Shown one piece after another: positions 52,103 to 64,000 of a stretch of 64,000 bases of DNA. The notes below the pieces were generated by a model. It made no database searches. It was given only the letters and a program-made list of their open reading frames with translations, and was not told where the DNA came from. A program made the position numbers and the translations under genes. This DNA is from Lama glama (taxonomy: Eukaryota), in assembly GCA_028534125.1 (NCBI GenBank), contig CM052818.1, positions 42,968,001 to 43,032,000 on the forward strand. The letters are read 5' to 3'. How positions within the stretch are numbered: position 1 is the stretch's first letter; the number at the start of each line of letters is the position of its first letter.

Positions 52103-52258
52103 CAGGGGCTTCTTAGGGCTTGAAGCTTATATCATCTAGGGAATCCTCTATGAATTAAGGGTATTTTATACTTGTACTTTATACTAATATAAAATTAAGT
52201 GCGTATTTCTGAAAGTGAGAGACTCTGGGCTCATTAGTTTCAAAGTGAACCTCTCCTG
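52103..52258. mobile_element. hAT-Tip100 MITE (MER69A-like)
   Basis: gggcttgaagcttatatcatctaggg ... aatataaaattaagt ... ctcattagtttcaaagtgaacctctcctg. Confidence 0.55.
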
Positions 52259-55200
52259 GTTCACAGAAGGTGGACTCGGTTGGTGTAAGATGCCCTTACT
52301 CTCAAGGAAATTCTGAGGACAAGGAGGGACTTGCTCTGCTGGAAAGAAATCTAGTAGAATCATAAAGCAAATAGAAACTCAGTTTAGAAGGACTGAGCTG
52401 GCCTACATGAAGATGTCCTGTACCTTCCTCTGGAAAACTGTCCTCTCTTTATGTAGGAGTGATGGGTTACACCTTTTGACAATCCTATCACCATCTTGTC
52501 CATTTTACCTCTTGCTCCTCTTGAAAGGGTACCAATCCAATGAAGGAGGAAGGTTGGAAAGCCTAAGGGAGGAGAGGACTTTTATTTTTTAAGTTGGCCA
52601 TGCATCCCACATATAAATAGAGAGAGCTAACATTTCAGTAATTTGTTGTGTGGAGGAAAACGTCATCAGGACTCATCCACACCACTACTCCTCTCCTTAG
52701 CAAGATCTGAAATAATTCACCTATACATTCCATTTCTTTCCCTTTCTAAGCATCTCTAGAAAGAGAACATGGAGGAAAAAATTGCCGACTTCTTCCAAGA
52801 TTTTCTGCATGTCATGCATCTTATACCAGTCGGTTAGTTTGGATTTTAGAGCATTTCTTTTGCATCCCTACTGTTTAAAATATGCTGTAGATGAAGTCAA
52901 GTCACTTGTAAACTCCCCACAGCTCACAAATGGCAGAGTCCACATTGGAAACCTCCTCTTACCAATGCCCGCACTTAGTTGTTGCCCATTAGGAATTTTA
53001 TTTTCTTAAGGGCATCACAATTTTAAAAAAATACTTGGGGTCATCTAGGGCATTACTCAGGCATCCACAGAATTTTCAATTTGCTTTCAACTAACGCAAC
53101 CTTTAAAGAATTGGGGATTTTGCCTGATGTCTCTCAGTAAAAATCATGAGAATAAGCACACATAATTTCTCATGAGTCTATCATGCCATTTCATGACTCC
53201 AATGCTCTCCTTGGAAGCCCATCTTCTGCACAGAGAAGACCCTCCTCCTTGTGCTGGACCGCAGATGTGGTTGGATGCATGACAGCATCCCATCCCAGCT
53301 GCACAGCATCATGTCGGTCTTTCACTAACTGGAATGAGCTGGATATGCCTGTCATGAGTTCCTTGATTTCCTCCCCAGGAGACTTTTTTCCTTCTATTCT
53401 CACTCCTGGAGTGGTTTCCTGCATTGCTAATTATTTGGGTCCTATTCTACTTTCAGAGCTAATTTTGACACTTGCATGTGACTGTGTCTCCAAGCATAGG
53501 GCCTTCCTCATCTCTTCTTATTTAAGTTTGTATCCACTCTCTCATCTTCTGTAATTGGCTATGGCCTTTTCAAGGGTATAATCAGTGTCTGGCTAGTCTT
53601 TATATCTCTCACAGCGTGAGCATAGTGCCGAATATGTTTTTATAACTGCAAGAATGAATGAGTAGGTACATTTAGGTATAATGATCTTTGACAAACCTTA
53701 TTACTTCTGTAACATCTCCATACAGGTAGAACTCAATTAGAGCAGCTAGCAAGTTTATGAACTCTTTTCAACTTTCATACTATATATTGGTTCTCAGAAA
53801 GCCCTTAAAAAACCTATATATTTATATATATTCACTATATATCTCTGTGGAAGGAGAGCTGTCTCTTCTGGAGAGACTTAACTATATAGGTGGTTTCACA
53901 TGTTTCTTCTCCATGTAACAGACGGATATAATCATCTCTTCTTAAAAAGGGGAAAGCAAACTTGTTTAACATGAAGAGATTAAGCTTAAGTGAATGAATT
54001 TGGTCACATTTCTATGCAATTGGCTACAGACACCTAAATCCCATGTCCTTTCTTGGAAAAATATTCATTCTCAGTGACAGAGACTGTTGAGTGCCTTACG
54101 GGAAACACCATGAAGCTGAAGAAAGAATCTATGTGAATCCAATGGATTAAACGTTTAAAAAGTGAAGAAAAAGAGTAAAGAGAGTCAGGGAAACATCTGT
54201 CAAAACAGTCATTGCAAGAGGGATAAAAGTTTAAGTTAATCTCAACAGTTTTTAACCTTCTCTCTCTTTCTTTTCTCTCTTCTCTCTCTCATAAAACAGA
54301 GAAACACCATAAACATGGTGGACCATAGTTCTAGCAAGGAAAGAGAATTTGATGAGGTTTTTCAGCATATACGTATTAACTGGAAGGAGATGGTGGGTTC
54401 AAAGCTGGTTAAACATTTGTCCAGTGAAGGCAGAAATTAGGCAGTTGCCATCCACAGAAACACTTTTAATGAAATGCTGACAGATTCTCTCCTTTGTGAT
54501 GTTTGTATCCACAAATTTTGTGGAAATATACGTGGACCCCTTATGGAAGGAGTGTGTAAAATAACGCCGAGTGGGGGACCTGCAGATGTGAAGTTGCATT
54601 TATAGAAGTCCAGCGTGTAGGAAAAAAGAGAGTGCTCTTAGCTACCCAATGTAAAGATGAAGGTGATGACGAGGAATCTGGAAGTCAATTTTGTGAGGAA
54701 CTTTTCATAAATACTTTTGAATGCTTGGGCTAATTGGTAAGGCTTAGATTAAAAGACTCACTGGGGCTGATTTGTTATTATATGTTTTAAAGTTTCTCCT
54801 GGTGAAATAGGTTATCCCTCTTCCATGTGGTTTAGTGAACAAAATCAGGATCAGTGGGTAGGAGTTACCTTGAATCAGAATATCCGTGTATGTGGCAATT
54901 ATGTCTTCAAATCAGGAAACATTTCCCAAACACTGTAATGTCCTAGGCATGAGGATACAAGACAAGTACAACAGGGCAGGTGATCTAATGGACAGAGACA
55001 GGTTTATAAACAAATAATTAAATACCTAGGTGACAGGGTGATGAGTTATACTGTGTATGGTGTTTGATCCTCTCCATCAACACAACTTTCCCAAAAGATC
55101 TACCTGACTATTAAAGATTTGGGTTTTCACTTTGGATTTCTTTTGAAAATATTACAATGCTGAACTTGGTTTTGAGGATGAGAACAGAAAAGCTCAGATT

Positions 55201-55472
55201 TATCTGGCTTATGAGAGGACAGACAATCAGCCTCAATTACCTACACGTGATGGTAGGACTTCTGGTGGAAAAGTTTGGTGAGCAGCTGAGGGACGGGAGC
55301 TTTGGTGTGTGAGGCAGGGCATCCTTCATCGGGGCTGGAAAGAAGGCGTGAGAGGGACTGAAGTCCCCAGGGCTGATGAATGTTCATGACTGTGAAGACT
55401 TGAGGGTCAAGAGCTAACTTGTGAGGGAGAATTAATGTAATCAGGGTTATCTCGGTTTTCCAGCAGAGGCAC

Positions 55473-55932
55473 TGTATTTGTCTTCTTGGTCTGCTGTAAC
55501 AGAGTACCACAAACTGGGTGGCTTCAACAACAGAAATGTATTATCTCAGTCCTGGAGGCTAGAAGTCTGAGATTAGATTTAGGTGTCATTAGGGTTGGTT
55601 CCTTCTGAGCACCGTGAGGAAGCATCTCCTACATGCCTCTTACCTACTATTGGGCAGTCTGCTGGTATCTTTAGGTTGCAGGCGCATCCCTCAGACCTCT
55701 GCCTTCATCTTCACATGGCATTCTCCCCGTGTGTGTGTCTGTCTTCAAACTCTTCTTGTTTGTAAGGACACCAGTCTTTTGGCTTAGGACTCACCCCAAT
55801 GATGGAATTTTAACTTGATTACCTCTATGAAGAGGTAATCTCTTTTTTTTTTCCAAATTAGGTCCCATTTTGAGGTACTGGGGGTTAGGAACTCAACAAA
55901 TCTACTTGGTAGAATATAATGTAACTCATAGG
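55473..55932 (-). mobile_element. MaLR solo LTR (MLT1B/C-like)
   Basis: ctgctgtaacagagtaccacaaactgggtggcttcaacaacagaaatgtatt ... ctctgccttcatcttcacatggcattctccc ... tgaggtactgggggttagga. Confidence 0.9.
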
Positions 55933-56788
55933 GGTTTCCTTATAAACATTAAGGGATTAGTAGAATTCAGTTGGATTTTATTGAAGATGTAGGCAGCTCT
56001 TAACAAAACAAACATTATAGAATAATGGGGAAATGGTAAGAGAGTGTTTGAAAATGATGCATTTAGCTCTTAGAAAGAAATCAGTGTGGAGAGTTTGTGA
56101 AAACAACTTCCTAAAATCAATAATGTATTATTTCATTTTTCTTTCTGCAGTCTTTTCACATAATGGCACCTTGTTGAGGGACACAATCTTTTTTTTTTAT
56201 TAGTTGTCTTCAATTTAGCTAGTACTGCAAACAGACTTTGGAGAGGAAATATTAATTAAGACATATGCATCAATAATAACCTCCTCTTATGAAAATAGCT
56301 TTCATCTGATTGGTCACACTATCAGAAATTTATCCATCAAAGCTTGATATAGTAGACTTGGTTTAGGAATCAGAAGTCCTGGATTTTAGTACCAATACTG
56401 GCAACTCTTAATGTAAATCATTTGATAAATATGGGCCACAATATTTTCTTGAAAGAAGAGAAGTTTCTATTAGCTTATACGTATATTGTAGGAGTCTCTG
56501 TTAGTCTTTGCAACATTTCTGATTTGCTGTACTTCAAGTGAAAATTAATTAGACAAAGATCCAATTCAACCCTAAATATCAAGAAATGAATGTCAACTCA
56601 ATGTTAATGGAGGAAGAAACATGAGGGAAATAAAGTATTAGATAAGTTGGTTTGGTTTAATGAAGAATTATTTGATCATTGTGTTAATTAAACACAGTTG
56701 TTTTGGGAAATTTTAAGAAAACTCTACTAGATTCTTTAAGAAAATAGTAAATTGTTATTTTTCCATCTAAAACAATATTTTTTTAAAC

Positions 56789-57014
56789 CATTGCTTTTTG
56801 AACTACGGGTCACTGTGTTTATGAAATAAATGTAATGTATCATGACCAGAATTCAGAAAAAAATATAATAGAAAAAAATACAGTAGAACAGGAAAGACTA
56901 GAGAAGCAGGGTGAAAGGTTTTTTTCAGAGTAATAGACACATATGTGAGTACTGTATTGCAGTGTTCAGGACATTGCTATCAGTGGATGTCAGCCAGAAG
57001 TTTAAAAGCTACTG
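56789..57014. mobile_element. hAT-Charlie MITE (subfamily uncertain)
   Basis: cattgctttttgaactacgggtcac ... agtttaaaagctactg termini with an internal aatagaa-type tract. Confidence 0.5.
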
Positions 57015-57304
57015 ACTGTCTTAAATATTATTTGTGGAACACTGGTTTTTCAGAGGCTTGAAACCAATGATAGGCCAGGGGCATCAAGCAGAAAATGATA
57101 AAATAAAGGAAAGGTATTTAATTCTTGTCTTGCTTCCATTTTCTTCATTAAAGAAATTGATGGAAACTGCTAGAAATAGGAAAAAATAAATGCTCTATAG
57201 AGGAAAATTAAAGTTGAGTTGGATAAGAAATTGGTTAGAAAACATACAGTCATTTTAAATAAGCCCAGTTCTCCAGTCTAGGTTAATCTCACACGAGGAT
57301 GCTA

Positions 57305-57790
57305 AGCCTGTACCTGAATGTTCACAGTAGTATTACTCATAATAGTCAAAAGATAGAAGCAATCAAGATGTCTGCCAACTGATGAATGGATAAATGGAAG
57401 GGAGTATATCTGTGCAGTGGAGTATTATTCATTCAGCAAAGAAAAGGAATTACTGGTACATGCTACAGCATAGATAAACCTTGAAAACATTAGGCTAAGT
57501 GAAAGAATACAGTCACAAAGGCCACGTATAGTATGATTCTATGTATACAAAATGTCTAGAATTTGCCAATCCATTGAGACTGAAAGTAGATTAGTAATTG
57601 CCAGGGAATGAGGAGAGGGAATGGAGAAAAACAGACCACTGATGGGTATAGGGTTTCTTTGGGGGCTAAAACTAGTTTTAAAGTTGATGATACTGATAGT
57701 TTCACAACTCTGTGAGAATACTAGAAACTATGCAACTGTACAATTTAAATAGGTAAATGTTATGGTGAGTAAATTCTATTTCAACAAAGT
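57305..57790 (+). mobile_element. Old L1MB-type 3' end
   Basis: aactgatgaatggataaa, aaccttgaaaacattaggctaagtgaaagaa, gaaagtagattagtaattgccaggg, atgggtatagggtttctttgggg. Confidence 0.9.
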
Positions 57791-57805
57791 TGCTTTTTTT
57801 AAAAA

Positions 57806-58172
57806 ATTGAAGTATAGTTGATTTACAATGTTGTGTTTTTTTCAGGTGTACAGCAAAATGATTCAGTTTTATATACATATATAAAATATATACTCTTTTT
57901 CAGATTCTTTTCCATTATAGATTATTGTAAGATATTGAATATAGTTCCCTGTTCTATACAGTAGGTCCTTGTTGTTTATCTATTTTATGTACAGTAGTGT
58001 GCATATGTAAATCTCAAACTCCTAATTTATCCCTCTCCCCTCTTTCCCTTTTGGTAACCATAGAAACCATTTGTTTTCTATGGCTGTGAGCCTATCTCTG
58101 GTTTGTAAATCAGCTCATTTGTATCATTTCTTTAAGATTTCATATATAAGTGATATATGATATTTGTCTTGC
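57806..58172 (-). mobile_element. Young 5'-truncated L1 3' end inserted at the tail of the L1MB
   Basis: attgaagtatagttgatttacaatgttgtg...; degenerate TSD agttg(c/t)t(t/a)tttttaaaaa at 57788-57805 and 58173-58190. Confidence 0.92.
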
Positions 58173-59567
58173 AGTTGTTATTTTTAAAAATGAAGGAAAG
58201 GAAAACATACCAATAGGGTAAGGTGAAGAGATGCTCTGATTTCCAAAAGGTGAAGGAAGTGGCAAAAACTTCAAAACTGATGGTCTCACATTTAGGCTGA
58301 CTTAAGTGGTAGACATTTTGAAAGGGGGGAAAAGAAACAAGATTATGAAACTATGTATTGTACTTTTTTTGTCTCTAGCAAGAGCTGCAAATTTGAATTT
58401 CTCACCATTCCCCTGGGCAAAATCCAGAGACAGCTCTGGTCCAACTATCTCCAGACCTCATCTCAGGGCACTGCGGTTATCCTGCCAACACTGACCCCCA
58501 GCTTCCACCAAATCACCTCACTGTAGGGGACTCAGAATCCATCATGCCTGTGTTGTCTACTTAGGGCGACTGTTGTCCAACTCAGAAATTGATATAAGAC
58601 TCTTCAAAATCAAGGACCTGTGTTATTGCCATTACTGTTCATGCTCTATAAACCAGGAGAATATGGGCATCAGAAAGCCAGATCTGATGTTCAACTTACA
58701 GACGATAATTGCTGTGGATATCGGTGGTCTGTTGTACCCATGGCCAACCTCCGTCTCTCACCCAGCAACCCCTGAACTATTTCCTGAGCTGTGGGGTGTA
58801 TTTAGGAAACATAATAAATCCTATCAATGTGGTTTATTTACATTTATACATAAGTTAATAGAAAAGCTTCATGCTGTGGTGTAATACTTCTGCTTTTCTC
58901 CTTGACCCCTTTTTATACTCTTAACTCTAGATGATAAACTTAACCCAAAAGCTTAAAGGGACTTTTTTTTTTTTTTTTGAGAATGGGAAAAATGAACACT
59001 GACAGCCTCTCCTTTAACTGAGATGATAGAAAATCTACACACATTTCACTCGTATTTTCCTTTCATGTCCTGGGTTTCATCTTTCTCTGCCTCCCTTCTT
59101 CTGTCTAGTCAGTCTTTGACCTGAATTTTTAGGAACTAAAACCTAAAAAATGGTGCATTCATATTTCTACTGGGCCTGATTTTTGCAGAGTGAGCCATTG
59201 TGAGATACCATGATCACATCTTTATGTCAGGCCACTCTGAGGCTGGAAGCAACTCTGGATAGCATCCTTCGTAAACTGCATTTATAGACAGAGGCAGTAA
59301 GGGAGAGTGGAAAAGCCATGCAGGGCTCACCTCCTCTGATGTTACCCTGGCCCCTGGGGCTGGCTGTGCATTTCCTCTGAAGCCCTCCGGGCTCTCAGCT
59401 CACACCCGCTACTGCGGTCACGACTTTGCTCAGTGATCCATGAGGGTGCTTGTTTTCTCTATTCTTGAAGGCAAATACCAAGTGCTTTTTTTTTTTTTTC
59501 CCCTCACTTGTTAACAAAAACTAGAGCATCGTATCTACCACAGGCAAGCGTCCTTTCTAGATCAGTT

Positions 59568-59597
59568 TTTGTCTATCAGCGGTAACTGATAGACAAA
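59568..59597. other. Perfect 12-bp inverted repeat with 6-nt spacer
   Basis: tttgtctatcag-cggtaa-ctgatagacaaa. Confidence 0.95.
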
Positions 59598-60821
59598 TTG
59601 TGTTCTGCGCCATGACAGAGATTTTATCTGAGTATGAGCAGCAATATTGGGCATGAAATGCATCTCAACTCTGCTTCTGGATTGCATGACCATCATTGCT
59701 CCATATAGCAATTGATCATTAGGCTCCAAATTCTTGGATCAGGAAGCAACTGAGGTTTGTGTCACATTTTTGTGTGATGGAAAAATATAAGAAAGCAAGC
59801 AAAACAAAAGCATATACAAACAAATAATAGGATTTTTTTCTGATCCACTTGGGGGTAATTGCTACACAACTCTTGGCCTTTAATGTGGACTTTGTGAGTT
59901 TCAGAGTAAGTTCTCTCCTTCCCCCCACCCCCCCCCCGGGAATGATTTTAGAAACCAAATCTCGAATCATCTTTTTATCTTGGCTTGACAACATTCCAGA
60001 TGAACTGTCATTTTGGCTTCATAATTAAAAAGTGAAATAGGGCTCTTTTCAGCTATTTTTCTCCAACTTGCCATTAGGAACGAACACAAGTCATTGCCGA
60101 TATATGGATTTATATTTCCTAGAAATAGCGAGGTTGATGGGCAAGAAGATATAAACCAACTTAAATGAAACTGGTTCTGCATATGAAGTGGCTGCCTGCT
60201 TCTGGGCAGATTTTATTTCACCCATAAATACTTAATAGAAATTGGTGGTCTCTGAGTTTTGCTGGAGGGAACACTTTTCATTCTTACTGACTTTTGGGGC
60301 CCAGGTGGCCCTGGGGAAAAAAAATAAGAGAAAGAAAGAGCTGTAAGTGATTTATTTTTCCAACATCAGTTTGTGGTCACATATTCCCAATGGATGGACT
60401 TGGCCATCATCGACTGTTCCCCTGTGCCTTGGTTTTATTGTCCGTAAAACAGATAAGAATGTTTCTCTTATGTCCTATCAGGCTCTTGGGAGGAATGAGC
60501 GATAGGGGAGCCGTAGCTCTAATGCCTGTGGGTTCATCCATAAGGCGTCCTAGAATCTCATTAGCGACTGATGGGAAGAGGCTGGAGTCGGAAGTGAGCT
60601 AAAGGAACTGCGCTAGTTCTAGGACTGACTGATGAGTGGTGGCCAACAGTCACAAGGGCAGTATCCAAGGAGGCGCAGAGGTTGGGTGGGCTTCAAGCTT
60701 AGGTTAGGTTCCAGGGAAGCCAGTCAAGGAGGTTGCACGGTGTCAAGGACCTCCAGGAAGTGATGATGCTGTAAGCTGTGCGTAGTTGGATACCTGCCCT
60801 GTGTTTTTTATTAGCAGCTTA

Positions 60822-60823
<2 letters not shown>

Positions 60824-60862
<39 letters not shown>
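60824..60862. repeat. (GT)n microsatellite
   Basis: Seen directly, about 19 units. Confidence 0.97.
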
Positions 60863-60863
<1 letters not shown>

Positions 60864-60875
60864 TTGATTTGGGGG

Positions 60876-61423
60876 TGTAGGGGAGTAAAATTTGCCAACC
60901 CCAAATGCCTCTTTGGCATGTGGATTATTTCATGCTGAAAACAATCAGAGCCCATAACATTCAGGAAGAAACTGCCCTTCTCCCTGGCTGCCTAAAGAAC
61001 GTAAATGGAGGGCCTGTTCCAGGAAGGGAGCTACCACCACAGACACAGTGTGGACTCCGTGTGGCAGACAGCAGGGAACCTAGCAAAGCCTGTTACAGCT
61101 TCTCTCTGTGTCGCATTGTCTCTGCCTGGCCCGGTAAACATGTATGTACCAAACACTTGCTTTTACCTCTCCCTGGGAACTGCCTTCCTCCCCTTTGAAA
61201 TCCCAGCCCACTGCCCCGAACATCCTCTATTGTCTTTAGCTGGAGATGATATTTAAGGAGAAGCTTCCAGCCACTGTGGCCAGTTACTCAGGTTTCCTGG
61301 GTCCCTCCCATGGATGCATGCTATTAAACTTTTTTTAAACTTTCTCCTGTTAATCTGTCTCATGCTACTTTAATTTTTAGAGCAGCCAGAAGAGCCTAGA
61401 AGGGTAGAGGAAATCCTCCCCCA
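60876..61423 (+). mobile_element. ERV1 solo LTR (MER34-like)
   Basis: tgtaggggagtaaaatttgccaaccccaaatgcctctttggcatgtggattattt ... attaaa (61323) ... gcctagaagggtagaggaaatcctccccca; TSD gggg/ggga. Confidence 0.85.
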
Positions 61424-63269
61424 GGGACTGGTGAGGGACAAGCTTGGAGAAGGTTCTAGCTCTCAGGCAGATGACCCAGCAAACACCAGGATATATATCC
61501 AGGCCACAGAGCAAGGAAATAGGATTCAGGGCAGGACGCCATCCCAGGAGGGGCCTGGAGGTGGGGAGGGAAGAGCCACCTGGAGCGAAGTTGCACAGAG
61601 ATGCCCAAGGGCTCACCCAGCCTCTTTGTTTACCAGCCTCAAGCAACAACACTCATTCCAGACTAGCTCTGCTGGTGGTTTTGAGGTGTTTGAAGACAAT
61701 CAGGCTAGAGCCAATTTTGCTATGCAATTTTCCAGCACGGAGATTTCAGGCTGAAGATCTTCTCTGCCTGTTGCTCCCTTGGGGCTGAGAGAGAGGAACA
61801 GGGACTTTAGACAGCCAGCAGTAAGAGTGTTTTTCAGGCTCACTAACAGGACTTTAATCTCCTTCTTAAACTCATTTACGTCCCACTTAGTCATGTATCA
61901 AAATTGGACTCTTCATTTTGTCCCACTTAGTTTTGACAATTAGGTTGAAAAGCAGATGCTTTTTTTTTTTTTAAGAAAAATATAACTTTTATTCCACTGA
62001 GTTTGAGCCTTGGGCTGTTTTTTGCTATTAGATAAGAGAAATAAAATCTCATGTTTCTAAGCTCTAATGATGAACATATGCCATCAAGGTAGAGCTCTCA
62101 GAAGAAAATCTATTTTTACCAGGGTATATTAACTCGGGGGATAAAAGTCAAATGCAAAACATGTGCCTACATCAATCATTCCAGAACTTCTCACTCCAAA
62201 CATCTGCTAGTATGTGTCCTTTCCTTAAGGTACCTCTATGACAAAGTGGATTAGTGTGTGTGTAAACGCATTCAGGGAAGAGGCAAAAACTGCTGCCTCT
62301 CTGCTTAGCTGGTCTCCAAATCATATGAGTTTCATCTTCTCTTGCCCTGAGCCCTCCTTGTACCTGCTGGGTGATTATAACCTGAAAACCCTGGGCCTTG
62401 GGTCCTGGCGCTGGTGTCATACAGTAGAAACTGAAGCAGGAACTTCCCTGAGTTCTTTGTAGAAGGGAAATGCAGGATTCAAGGAAACCAGGTAGAGGTG
62501 ACAGACAGGATTCTAGAAGACAGCTGGAACTCGGAGGTCTGGAAATAAAAGAAAGTCAAGGCCCAGGCAGACACAGAGGGTAGTGACTGGCCACATTTAA
62601 CCGAGTCTCAGTTTCTAAGCTAGGAGAGGGAGGAGGTAGAGAGACAGTACTTCCTGCCAAAGGAAAGAGGAACGGAGATTCAAAGCAGCCCTTTCAAGAT
62701 GGGGGCTCAGGCCCGGGGGAAAAGACAGATGTGGAATACGAGGACACAGATGTGGAGGCTGGGGCACAGGGAAGAGGCAGGAGGCCAGTTTCTGGCGGGC
62801 AGGCCAGGGGACACAGCAAGTCTGCTGGTTGCAGAGTTTTCTTCAGTGCCACATGCAAATCTCTGAAATTGGCCCTCATTAAGAGTAGGACGTTGCCCTC
62901 AGCCCAGAGGGACAAGGTTCAGAGAGTGAGCTCTCAGAGAAGAGCAGATAACCCCAGAAGTGGGTATTTGAAATGTTCCAGCGGCTGGGCATCAGGGAGA
63001 CATCCGAACTCCTCCTCTCCCTCTTAACTTCAGGAACACCTGTGTTCCGTCAGTACCTGCTCATCAGTATCAGGAAGAATGGAGGCCAATCAGACTCATT
63101 CACACCGTGGGGTAGGTAGCTGATAGCTTTTAGTCCTCCTGTGGTAAGGACTCTTCACAACTTCAGAGGAATTTTTCAGGACCCTTTGGGAAGCCAACTT
63201 ACACTGAAAATTATGGACCCTCAGTCAACGTGACAAAGATGGTGCCAAGGACTTCAGGGAGGGAAGGTG

Positions 63270-63881
63270 TGTTGCCGATAGACGTAGCTGGTGTCCAGGT
63301 TCTAGTCCCATCCCAGAAAGAATTCAGAGACAAGATGCAGAGGTTAGGAAAGTAAAGTGTGGATTTATTCAGGGATGGATAGTATACTTTCAAGGGGAGA
63401 GCGGACAGGCTCAGGTGAGCAGCTGCTCCGAGTTTCTTTGGCAAGTTGGTTACGTAGGGTGTAAAAATGAATGGACGGAATATTCATTGCAGAGGGAAGG
63501 GTTTGGGGACGTATTCCCTGATTTTTCATCCAACTCCACCTTCCCAAAGGGAGGAGGGATTTTTTTCAGTCTGAATGGGAAGTGTCATGGTGTTGGTGCA
63601 TGATGGGGACTTCTAGTCTGCAAGGCTAATTTTATTGAAATGAAGACACAATGAGCAAAAGGTTACATTCAGACACTGGAGATCCCTACCTTTTCCCATC
63701 TTTCTTTGTCAGCCTCCAGGATACTTGTCACCCCAGAAGTTGTGACTGCTTATCATCCCAGAGGGTCCTGGTTTTCTTTCTCTGCCCAAGGACCCCTGGT
63801 GCTTGTATGATGTATGGTTTCCTGCATTTGGTCCTTGTGCCCCTTTCTCTCCTCATAGCTGGCTATTTGCCTGCTCTAACA
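63270..63881 (-). mobile_element. ERV1-class solo LTR (612 bp)
   Basis: TGTTG...TAACA termini; TSD ggtg (63266-63269) and ggtc (63882-63885); minus-strand AATAAA at 63364-63369. Confidence 0.88.
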
Positions 63882-64000
63882 GGTCTTTGAAATCTTACCA
63901 CTGAAATACTATGGATTTTTCTGAACTCCCCAGAAGCTGGAGAGTGGATGGTTAGCCTGATACTTACCTGTGTGTGTGTACAATTCATTTCCTCTTTAGT

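Noticed and set aside
54501..54531. Imperfect palindrome around tccacaaa-t-tttgtgga
   Set aside because: An 8-bp core is within chance expectation for 64 kb and too short for a structured RNA call.
1..64000. The short ORFs in the supplied track as protein-coding genes
   Set aside because: All are 161 aa or shorter, many use non-ATG starts, none resembles a host protein I recognise, and many lie in repeats. This is what chance gives in non-coding mammalian DNA.
1..64000. CRISPR arrays, operons, prokaryotic defence systems, ERV internal genes
   Set aside because: There is no repeat-spacer array or gene-dense structure. All LTRs are solo, with no adjacent gag/pol/env sequence.

Overview
This is non-coding, AT-rich mammalian genomic DNA (intergenic or deep intronic), not prokaryotic. 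A tRNA-derived SINE resembling camelid vic-1 (31654-31785) and cetartiodactyl-type L1 3' ends point to a camelid genome (camel, alpaca or llama). I found no supportable host protein-coding exon, rRNA, tRNA gene or CRISPR array. All listed ORFs are 161 aa or shorter and are either repeat-derived or unrecognisable. The window is a layered transposon record: ancient CR1/L3, L2, MIR and L1M pieces, hAT and Tigger MITEs, MaLR and ERV1 solo LTRs, younger L1 3' ends with target-site duplications (TSDs), and repeat-poor islands that may be regulatory. The two most unusual structures are directly visible in the sequence. (1) A triple nest of solo LTRs at 27048-28843, in which two different LTRs sit 11 bp apart in the 5' tip of a third, each with its own 4-bp TSD, all inside an L2. 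(2) A 5'-inverted, tail-less L1 at 23495-24957 bracketed by a perfect 16-bp inverted repeat instead of a direct TSD. I see no evidence for a new gene-encoded system. Repeat family names come from recalled consensus sequences and need RepeatMasker/Dfam confirmation. Boundaries of old elements are approximate.
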